The translations under genes and the position numbers were made by a program. This document shows, piece after piece, positions 24,830 to 32,000 of a stretch of DNA of 32,000 bases; position 1 is the first letter of the stretch; every line of letters begins with the position of its first letter. The notes beneath the pieces were generated by a model. That model searched no databases. It was not told the DNA's origin and saw only the letters and a list, made by a program, of their open reading frames with translations. This stretch comes from Breznakia sp. PF5-3 (lineage in GTDB: Bacteria; Bacillota_I; Bacilli_A; Erysipelotrichales; Erysipelotrichaceae), in the NCBI RefSeq assembly GCF_029504745.1, contig NZ_JAQFIQ010000019.1, positions 12,294 through 44,293 of the forward strand. Direction: 5' to 3'.

Positions 24830-25285
24830 ATGGCTGATGTTGTTGCAATGCGCAACTTTATAGGCGAATATGCACACAATATTGATAAAAAAGGTCGTAT
24901 TATCATACCGGCTCGTTTTCGTGAAGAATTGGGAGGAAATATTATTGTTGCCAAAGGGTTAGATGGATGTTTGAGTGTCTATACAATGGATCAATGGCAA
25001 AAACTTTCCGAACAATTAGCGCTACTTCCAAACACAAAGCGTGAGACACGTTTGTTTAAACGAAATCTAACTGCAAAAGCAAGTGAATGTGAAATCGATA
25101 ACCAAGGACGTATTTTGATTCCATCTGTTTTGGTTAAAGAAGCTGCACTAGTCAAAGAATGTTGTGTAATTGGAGCTGGAAACACCATTGAAATCTGGTC
25201 AAGAGAAAGATGGGAAGCATACAATGATGAACATAACAATGATTTTGAAGAAGTTGCGGAAACATTAACAGACTTTTTGATCTAA
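24830..25285 (+). CDS. mraZ: Transcriptional regulator MraZ
   Basis: Duplicated SpoVT/AbrB-like halves with 'IDKKGRIIIPARFRE' and 'IDNQGRILIPSVL'. ATG 24830 lies 4 nt after GGTGA. The track's GTG at 24818 lies inside the repeat array. Confidence 0.9.
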   Translation: MADVVAMRNFIGEYAHNIDKKGRIIIPARFREELGGNIIVAKGLDGCLSVYTMDQWQKLSEQLALLPNTKRETRLFKRNLTAKASECEIDNQGRILIPSVLVKEAALVKECCVIGAGNTIEIWSRERWEAYNDEHNNDFEEVAETLTDFLI

Positions 25286-26217
25286 TGAAACATTATCCAG
25301 TGATGCTAGATGAATCTATAGAAGCGTTGCATATAAAGAGTGATGGAATTTATATTGATGGAACGCTAGGTAGAGCAGGGCATAGTACAGAAATTTTAAA
25401 ATGTATTCCCAATGGACATCTTTATGCATTTGATAAAGATCAAAAAGCGATTGATGAGTCTATTCAAAAGTTATCCACAATAGGTGAGAATTATACAGTG
25501 ATTCACGATGGGTTTGAAAATCTTCAAAATGCTCTTGATAAATATGAAATCCATGGGATTGATGGAATGCTACTAGACATTGGTGTATCATCTCCGCAGT
25601 TTGATGATGGTGAAAGAGGGTTCTCTTATCGCTATGAAGCAAAGTTAGATATGCGTATGAATCAAGAACAGTCTTTAAGTGCTTATGAAGTAGTAAATAC
25701 ATATTCATATGAACAACTTGTATATATTATTTCAAGATATGGCGAAGAAAAATTTGCAAAACAAATTGCTCGCAAAATTGAGCAACAACGAAATATAGAA
25801 CCAATAAGAACAACTTTACAACTGGTGGATGTAATCAAACGAGCGTTACCAGCAAAAGTGGTTAATGCGAAAGGACATCCTGCTAAGAAAACATTTCAAG
25901 CGCTTCGTATAGAAGTGAACAATGAATTGGGAGCACTAAAGGATGTATTGGATGTTGCTATTAAGCATTTAAAAGTTGATGGAAGATTGTGCGTAATTAC
26001 ATTTCATTCTCTTGAAGATCGAATTGTGAAAGAGAAATTTAGAGAGTATGCACGTCCAGAGAAAACGGATAAACGAATTCCCTTGATGCCTAATCAGGTA
26101 CAAACAAAGGATTATGAAGAATTATATAGAAAACCAATGACGGCTAGTGATGAAGAATTAGCTAAAAATAGAAGATCGCATAGCGCAAAATTGCGAGTAT
26201 TAAGAAAAGTGAGGTAG
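25285..26217 (+). CDS. rsmH: 16S rRNA (cytosine1402-N4)-methyltransferase RsmH
   Basis: 310 aa with 'DGTLGRAGHS', 'DIGVSSPQFD' and 'ITFHSLEDR'. The start overlaps the mraZ stop (TAATG). Confidence 0.95.
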   Translation: MKHYPVMLDESIEALHIKSDGIYIDGTLGRAGHSTEILKCIPNGHLYAFDKDQKAIDESIQKLSTIGENYTVIHDGFENLQNALDKYEIHGIDGMLLDIGVSSPQFDDGERGFSYRYEAKLDMRMNQEQSLSAYEVVNTYSYEQLVYIISRYGEEKFAKQIARKIEQQRNIEPIRTTLQLVDVIKRALPAKVVNAKGHPAKKTFQALRIEVNNELGALKDVLDVAIKHLKVDGRLCVITFHSLEDRIVKEKFREYARPEKTDKRIPLMPNQVQTKDYEELYRKPMTASDEELAKNRRSHSAKLRVLRKVR

Positions 26218-26520
26218 ATGAAAATGGTTAAGATAGTTAAAAAGAAAAAGAAATTAAGAATCGAAGGGTTGATTTCCTTAATTTTTGTGATGTCAATTTT
26301 TTGTTATTTAGCATCGGTTACTGTTTTGCGCTCACACAATGTTGTATTAGCGAATCAAGAAGCGAAGTTAGCAAATGAAAATGAAATATTGAACAATGAT
26401 GTTTCAAATTTAGAATTTGAAGTAAAGGGCTTAGTGAACCGTGAAAGGATCATGGAAATAGCAGAAGAAGGTCAATTGAAGAAGAATGAAAAACAAATAG
26501 TATCAGTTAAAAACGATTAG
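26218..26520 (+). CDS. ftsL: Cell division protein FtsL (small bitopic coiled-coil protein)
   Basis: It has a basic N-terminus, a single TM ('GLISLIFVMSIFCYLASVTVL'), then a heptad-like region. Its position between rsmH and the PBP supports the call. ATG 26224 is an equally plausible start because it has better spacing from GAGG at 26211-26214. Confidence 0.7.
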   Translation: MKMVKIVKKKKKLRIEGLISLIFVMSIFCYLASVTVLRSHNVVLANQEAKLANENEILNNDVSNLEFEVKGLVNRERIMEIAEEGQLKKNEKQIVSVKND

Positions 26521-26536
26521 AAATGAAGGGGTATAA

Positions 26537-28777
26537 ATGAAGTTAATTAATCCGAAAAAATCGGCAAAAACAGCTAGTCATATCGGAATTGTGATGGGCA
26601 TTATCGTGGCGCTTGTCGCCGCTAATGTCCTTTTTACTATTGTTACAGGAACCCATTTTCGCAGTGGAGAAAATATTCTGAGTATGAAAGAGGGAAGTAA
26701 GTATAAAAAGGAAAAAATTATTGCGAATCGCGGTCATATTTATGATCGTTCAAAAGAAGTAATTGCTCAAGATATTGAATCTTATGATTTGTTTGCGTAT
26801 ATTGACGAAGAACGTGTGAATGCAGGGGATACTCCTGTTTACGTTGTAGATTATGATAAAACTAGTCAAGAACTTGCGAAAATAATTGAAAGTGACCCAA
26901 GTAAAGTGGCGGCAGTTGCAGAAAGTTTAAAAAACACATTAGAAAGTGCTAAAAAAGCAGGACAAAGTCAAACTGAATTTGGAAATCATGGAAGAAATTT
27001 AACAGCTGAACAAAAGGAAAAAATTGAAAATTTAGGATTGACAGGGCTGGATTTCACTAAATCTACGAGTCGTGCATATCCAGTAGGTACCTTTGCATCA
27101 CAATTGATTGGATTTACTGAATATGATGATAATCGAAACTTAACAGGAGTTACAGGTCTTGAAAAAACATTTGATAAAGAATTGTCAGGAGCTAGTGGTG
27201 AAGTGGTGTATCAAACCGATTCTAGTGGTAATCGCTTACCGAATACACAAAAATATACAAAAATTCCAGAGACTGGAAATGATGTATATTTAACCATCGA
27301 TCGTGATACGCAATTGGCATTAGAAAAAGCTTTACAACAGACCATGGAATCAAACAATGCAAATTATGCATGGGGTATCGTTATGGAGGCTAAAACTGGT
27401 AAGGTATTAGCACAGGCAGGATATCCAACTTATGATTTGAATACAAAAGAAGGTATTGAAAAAAATGAGTATAACATTACAAGTGATCGTCCTTTTGAGG
27501 TTGGTTCGGTAATGAAAGCTTTTGTATATGCAGCCGCGATGAACGAGGGAGTTTATGATGGAAATGCAATGTTCCAATCAAAAACAGCATATATTGGAGT
27601 GAATGCTGAAGGGAATCCGGTTCGGATTGACTCCCCTGAAGGGAGTATAGGAGCAGTAAATGATGCATTGGGAAATGATAAAGGAATCATCACTTATGAT
27701 CAAGGGCTTATCTATTCAACAAATACAGCAATTGCGTCTTTGCTTACAAATTATTTAAATATCGATAAAAATATAGAGTATTTGAAAAAATTCAAATTAT
27801 TTGAAAGTGTTGATATGTATGGGTTGTCAGATCGTGTAGGTGTATTGAATGCTATTGATTCGGATCCGTTTAGTAAAATGGCAATTGGTTTTGGACAAGC
27901 TTCGACCATTAATTCTTATCAAATTGTACAGGCTGCAACTGCTATTTTTGGTGATGGGACACTAATTAAACCGTATATAGTGGATAAAATAGTTGATCCT
28001 AATACTGGAGATGTATTATATCAAGGGAAAACTGAAAAAGTAGGACAGCCAATTACGGCAGAAACAGCGAAAAAAATACAAACATTAATGCGGCAAGTTG
28101 TAGATGATCCAGGAGGAACGGCAAATCATTATAAGATGAGTGATATAACAATGATGGCAAAAACAGGAACAGGAGAAATTGCTTTTGAAGGTGAAAAAGG
28201 ATATTCAAGAGAATATTTCACAAGTTCTATTTTGGCGGCTGCTCCTGCAGAAGATCCAGAAATTATTGTTTATTATGCATTTGAAAGTTCAAATATAAAA
28301 AATTATTCAACAGATTATTTTAAAGATATTGTACGTGAGTCTTTAAGTGCATTGGATAAGTATAATGAATCATCACAACAAACGACTTCAACTGAAAACA
28401 CAACTACTGAGAATACAAATTATTCACAATATGTAATGCCATCGCTTGTAAATCATTCACTTGATTACGTAAAACAAAAGTTAGAAGGCTTTGATGTAAA
28501 GACATATTATATTGGAGATGGAACTAATATAATTTCTCAATTTCCACTTACGGGTAGTACTGTTTTATCAAAGCAAAACATTTTCTTGTTGACAGATGGA
28601 ACGAATATTAAGGTTCCTAACATGAGTGGATGGTCACGGAAGGATGTATCAATTTATGCAAAACTCTGTGGACTTGATGTGACATATACTGGAAAAGGTG
28701 GAACGGTGAGAAAACAAAGTTTAGGAGAAGGAACCGTTATCACCAAAGACAGTAAACTAGAAGTTGAATTAGAGTAA
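26537..28777 (+). CDS. Class B penicillin-binding protein (PBP2B/FtsI-type transpeptidase) with two C-terminal PASTA domains
   Basis: 746 aa with an N-terminal TM anchor. Transpeptidase motifs are 'GSVMK' (SxxK), 'YSTN' (SxN) and 'KTGTG' (KTG). Two repeats of about 60 aa follow an S/T/N-rich linker ('MPSLVNHSLDYVKQKLEG...' and 'VPNMSGWSRKDVSIYAKLCG...'). Confidence 0.9.
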   Translation: MKLINPKKSAKTASHIGIVMGIIVALVAANVLFTIVTGTHFRSGENILSMKEGSKYKKEKIIANRGHIYDRSKEVIAQDIESYDLFAYIDEERVNAGDTPVYVVDYDKTSQELAKIIESDPSKVAAVAESLKNTLESAKKAGQSQTEFGNHGRNLTAEQKEKIENLGLTGLDFTKSTSRAYPVGTFASQLIGFTEYDDNRNLTGVTGLEKTFDKELSGASGEVVYQTDSSGNRLPNTQKYTKIPETGNDVYLTIDRDTQLALEKALQQTMESNNANYAWGIVMEAKTGKVLAQAGYPTYDLNTKEGIEKNEYNITSDRPFEVGSVMKAFVYAAAMNEGVYDGNAMFQSKTAYIGVNAEGNPVRIDSPEGSIGAVNDALGNDKGIITYDQGLIYSTNTAIASLLTNYLNIDKNIEYLKKFKLFESVDMYGLSDRVGVLNAIDSDPFSKMAIGFGQASTINSYQIVQAATAIFGDGTLIKPYIVDKIVDPNTGDVLYQGKTEKVGQPITAETAKKIQTLMRQVVDDPGGTANHYKMSDITMMAKTGTGEIAFEGEKGYSREYFTSSILAAAPAEDPEIIVYYAFESSNIKNYSTDYFKDIVRESLSALDKYNESSQQTTSTENTTTENTNYSQYVMPSLVNHSLDYVKQKLEGFDVKTYYIGDGTNIISQFPLTGSTVLSKQNIFLLTDGTNIKVPNMSGWSRKDVSIYAKLCGLDVTYTGKGGTVRKQSLGEGTVITKDSKLEVELE

Positions 28778-28823
28778 AAAATATCGTACTATTATAAGCG
28801 TTGATTATTAGAAAGGAATAAGT

Positions 28824-29786
28824 ATGGATACAAATGTTTTAATATCTTTTGGGGTGAGTTTAATAGCAACACTAATCGTGATGCCGATTCTTATTCCTTA
28901 TCTACATAAAATAAAGTTTTCGCAAACGGAAAGAGAAGAGGGGTTAGCTTCACATCAAGTGAAGACAGGTACTCCTACCATGGGAGGAATTGTTTTTGTC
29001 TTAATCCCAATCCTTGTATGCGGAATTTTGAATCCAGCGATTTTTACTGATTTTAAAATGTTAATTGTTATTCTTGCATATCTTGGATATGCAACGATTG
29101 GATTCATTGATGATTTCATTATTGTGGTTCAAAAAAACAATAATGGATTATCTCCAAAAGTAAAATTTTTGATGCAATCTTTTTTAGCTATTTTATTTTT
29201 CTTTATGTATAAAAGTATTGGAGATACATCGCTATGGATTCCAATTTTGGATACATATGTGGAATTAGGGTTATTTTTCTTTGTTGTAATCTTTATTATG
29301 TTTACAGGAGAAAGCAACGCAGTCAACCTTACAGATGGACTAGATGGATTGTGTGCTGGAACCGTAAGTATTGCGATTGTTCCATTTATCTTTTTTGCAT
29401 TTCGTGCTGATGAATATGATTTAGCAATTTTTTTGATTGCAGTTTTAGGGGCTCTTATTGGATATTTACGATTTAATACACACCCTGCAAAAATCTTTAT
29501 GGGTGATACAGGTTCTTTGGCACTAGGAGGATTATTAGCGGGAACAGCATTGATCTTAAAAATGGAAATTTTACTTGTTATCATTGGTGGTATTTTTGTG
29601 ATAGAAGCTTTATCCGTTGCTTTACAAGTTATTTCCTTTAAACTTAGAGGAAAACGGATTTTTAAGATGGCGCCTATTCATCATCATTTTGAAATGAGTG
29701 GTATGAGTGAAACAAAAGTAGTGGTAATGTTTTATATTATAGGAATTATTCTTGCTACTTTGGGGTATTTGATTGGAGTGATGTAA
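28824..29786 (+). CDS. mraY: Phospho-N-acetylmuramoyl-pentapeptide transferase
   Basis: 320 aa and polytopic, with 'PTMGG', 'NAVNLTDGLDGL', 'MGDTGSLALGG' and 'PIHHHFE'. Confidence 0.95.
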   Translation: MDTNVLISFGVSLIATLIVMPILIPYLHKIKFSQTEREEGLASHQVKTGTPTMGGIVFVLIPILVCGILNPAIFTDFKMLIVILAYLGYATIGFIDDFIIVVQKNNNGLSPKVKFLMQSFLAILFFFMYKSIGDTSLWIPILDTYVELGLFFFVVIFIMFTGESNAVNLTDGLDGLCAGTVSIAIVPFIFFAFRADEYDLAIFLIAVLGALIGYLRFNTHPAKIFMGDTGSLALGGLLAGTALILKMEILLVIIGGIFVIEALSVALQVISFKLRGKRIFKMAPIHHHFEMSGMSETKVVVMFYIIGIILATLGYLIGVM

Positions 29787-29787
29787 G

Positions 29788-31107
29788 TTGAAATCGGTAT
29801 TGGTTATAGGAGCTGCGAGAAGTGGGGTTGCAGTAAGTAAGCTTTTACAAAAGAAAAACTTTCAAGTATTTTTAACAGATGCTAAATCAATACAGGAAAA
29901 GCAAGAACTTGAAGCTATGGGGATTAAAGTTTTTGATGAAGGACATCCTGATTTTTTGAAAGAGCAAAAGTATGATTTTATTGTGAAAAATCCAGGAATT
30001 CCTTATTATGTTCCATTTATTGCTTATTTTGTTGATGAGGGATATAAGATATATACTGAAATAGAAGTTGCAGCTTGGTATGCAAATAATTTTCATTATG
30101 CTGCTGTTACAGGGACGAATGGAAAAACGACAACAGTATCTATTTTATATGCCTTATTAAATGAAGAAAAGAAAGCATATGTAGCTGGAAATATTGGTAC
30201 TCCATTAAGTGAGTTGGTGCTAAATCATGAAGATGAAGATGTTAATGTTGCATTGGAACTAAGTAATTTTCAATTGTTAGGAGTAGAAAAATTCAAACCT
30301 AAGGTAAGTACTGTAACCAATCTCGCTCCTGATCATTTGGATTATATGAAGGATTTGGATGCATATTATAAATCAAAGATGAAAATTTATGAATGTTGTG
30401 ATGAAACAGATTTCTTTCTTCGTAATATTGATGATGAAAATGTTTTGCAATACGCAACTAATATTCCATGTAATATAATAGATTATTCGTTGACAAAGAA
30501 AGCAGATTTATACATAGATAATAATCAGGTGTATTATAAGGATACAAAATTGTTTGATATTGATATTTTGAAACTTGTGGGTAAACATAATGTAGCAAAT
30601 TCAATGGTTGCTGCCTGTATGGCGTATATTTTGGGAGTATCGCTTGAACATATTCAAAGTGGATTAAAAATGTTTAAATCGGTTGAACATCGTTTAGAGT
30701 ATGTAGCTAAGAAAGATGGAGTTTTATTTTATAATGATTCTAAAGCAACAAATGCTGAAGCAGTAGTCCCAGCACTTGAAGCTTTTGACAGAAATATTAT
30801 TTTACTAGCAGGTGGATACGATAAAAAATTATCTTTTGATATTTTGAAGCCATATGATAATAGAGTGAAACAATGTTTTAGTTTTGGTGAAACTAAAAAT
30901 CTATTTTTAGATGTGTTTACTAATACAGAAACTTGTGAAACAATGGAAGAAGCATTCCAAAAAGCGGTGATGATTGCTCAAGCAGGGGATGTTGTTCTCT
31001 TATCACCTGCATGTGCAAGTTATGATCAATTTGTTTCTTATGAGCAACGCGGCATGGTGTTCAAAGAATTAGTGGAAACATACATAAACGGAGGTAAGAT
31101 ACGATGA
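29788..31107 (+). CDS. murD: UDP-N-acetylmuramoylalanine--D-glutamate ligase
   Basis: 439 aa with the N-terminal 'VIGAARSGVA' Rossmann loop, the 'GTNGKTTT' P-loop and 'NDSKATN'. TTG start lies 1 nt after the mraY stop. Confidence 0.9.
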   Translation: MKSVLVIGAARSGVAVSKLLQKKNFQVFLTDAKSIQEKQELEAMGIKVFDEGHPDFLKEQKYDFIVKNPGIPYYVPFIAYFVDEGYKIYTEIEVAAWYANNFHYAAVTGTNGKTTTVSILYALLNEEKKAYVAGNIGTPLSELVLNHEDEDVNVALELSNFQLLGVEKFKPKVSTVTNLAPDHLDYMKDLDAYYKSKMKIYECCDETDFFLRNIDDENVLQYATNIPCNIIDYSLTKKADLYIDNNQVYYKDTKLFDIDILKLVGKHNVANSMVAACMAYILGVSLEHIQSGLKMFKSVEHRLEYVAKKDGVLFYNDSKATNAEAVVPALEAFDRNIILLAGGYDKKLSFDILKPYDNRVKQCFSFGETKNLFLDVFTNTETCETMEEAFQKAVMIAQAGDVVLLSPACASYDQFVSYEQRGMVFKELVETYINGGKIR

Positions 31108-31907
31108 TAGAGATTATCAAAGCGATTATTTTAGGAATTATTCAAGGGATTACAGAATGGTTGCCAATTAGTAGTACAGGGCATTTGATTTTATTTGAGC
31201 AATTGTGGTCATTTGGGGATCCTAAATTCTTTGAAGTGTTTAAAGTGGTGATTCAATTTGGATCAATCTTGGCAGTTTGTGTATTGTATTTTAAACGTTT
31301 GAATCCATTTCTTTCACGAAAAACCGAAACAGAAAAAAGAGAAATTTGGAGTTTGTGGTTTAAAATAATTATTGGATGTATTCCAGCTGGTATAATAGGA
31401 GTATTATTTGATGATGTGGTTGAGGATGTTTTAAGTGGAGTATTAGTAATTGCAGCTGCTTTGATAATTTACGGGATTGCTTTTATTGTGTTAGAGAACA
31501 CAAAGCGTAGGGTTCGTATTAATCGTTTAGAGCAACTGGATTATAAAACAGCATTTGGAATTGGATGTTTTCAAGTGTTGGCATTGATTCCAGGGACATC
31601 GCGTTCTGGATCAACAATTTTAGGAGGGAGTATTCTTGGTTGTTCTCGCACAGTCTCGAGTGAGTTTTCGTTCTTTTTGGCTGTACCAGTAATGGCAGGA
31701 GCTAGCTTACTAAAGGTTATAAAATTTGGTTTTAATTTTACCTTTATACAAATTGTAATGCTACTAGTTGGAACCTTTGTTGCATTTGTAGTTTCGATTA
31801 TTGCAATTCGCTTCTTATTGAATTATATTAGGAAACATGATTTCAAATTATTTGGTTATTATAGAATTATTTTAGGAATCATCATTATTGCATTTTATTT
31901 ATTCTAA
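31104..31907 (+). CDS. uppP: Undecaprenyl-diphosphate phosphatase (BacA/UppP)
   Basis: 267 aa and polytopic, with 'EWLPISSTGHL' and 'PGTSRSGSTI'. The ATG overlaps the murD stop (ATGA). GGAGG lies 8 nt upstream. Confidence 0.92.
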   Translation: MIEIIKAIILGIIQGITEWLPISSTGHLILFEQLWSFGDPKFFEVFKVVIQFGSILAVCVLYFKRLNPFLSRKTETEKREIWSLWFKIIIGCIPAGIIGVLFDDVVEDVLSGVLVIAAALIIYGIAFIVLENTKRRVRINRLEQLDYKTAFGIGCFQVLALIPGTSRSGSTILGGSILGCSRTVSSEFSFFLAVPVMAGASLLKVIKFGFNFTFIQIVMLLVGTFVAFVVSIIAIRFLLNYIRKHDFKLFGYYRIILGIIIIAFYLF

Positions 31908-31961
31908 GGGGCTGTGACAGATAGGTGATTTTTATCGCCTTGAAGGTTAACAGCCTTTTTT
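31906..31961 (+). terminator. Probable terminator ending the dcw-uppP transcription unit
   Basis: The outer stem pairs GGCTGT (31910-31915) with ACAGCC (31950-31955) and is followed by TTTTTT. An inner hairpin pairs AGGTGAT (31923-31929) with ATCGCCT (31934-31940). The large interior makes this less certain than the others. Confidence 0.5.
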
Positions 31962-32000
31962 CTATGCCATTTTGGAGAAATCGTGGAAAACTGCAGCCCT

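Noticed and set aside
25471-25479. A perfect DnaA-box 9-mer, TTATCCACA, inside rsmH.
   Set aside because: It is a single isolated box within a coding region, with no cluster, AT-rich unwinding element or dnaA/dnaN context. It is compatible with chance in an AT-rich 32-kb window.
1-32000. A search for tRNA/rRNA genes, CRISPR repeat-spacer periodicity, IS or transposon ends, integrase or phage genes, toxin-antitoxin pairs and defence-system signatures.
   Set aside because: Nothing was found by eye. Every ORF above about 100 aa outside shadow frames has a housekeeping-type assignment except the 113-aa polC-linked ORF. There are no long direct or inverted repeats flanking any block. A computational repeat or HMM scan would be needed to be definitive.

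Overview
This window is a visibly AT-rich chromosomal segment from a low-GC Gram-positive (Bacillota-type) genome. The taxon call rests on a PolC-type replicase, a dcw cluster containing a PASTA-bearing class B PBP, and TRTGnTATAAT-style promoters. I call 26 protein-coding genes, all on the + strand except two. In order they are: a CHAP-domain hydrolase fragment, a GNAT acetyltransferase, pirin-bcp, a fused MacB-type ABC transporter (-), a membrane-anchored alpha/beta hydrolase (-), nrdD-nrdG-dut, a flavin-reductase-like protein, rmuC, a marR-family gene with a heterodimeric ABC exporter pair, recG, rnc, a CaCA-family cation antiporter, polC with a coupled 113-aa unknown ORF, and mraZ-rsmH-ftsL-PBP-mraY-murD-uppP. 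I found no tRNA, rRNA, CRISPR array, transposase/integrase gene, or long repeat. Most intergenic gaps are explained by recognisable hairpin/T-run terminators and sigma-A-like promoters. The content is overwhelmingly housekeeping, and I see no convincing evidence of a novel multi-gene system. The items most worth a second look are: (1) five exactly 10-bp-phased GTGG-like repeats between the dcw promoter and mraZ, a likely MraZ operator; (2) the uncharacterised 113-aa ORF coupled to polC behind a G7 tract; (3) a truncated dcw operon ending in a translationally coupled uppP; (4) an apparently leaderless recG; (5) unusual extracytoplasmic domains in two ABC transporters. All functional calls come from motif recognition by eye. 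No searches were run.
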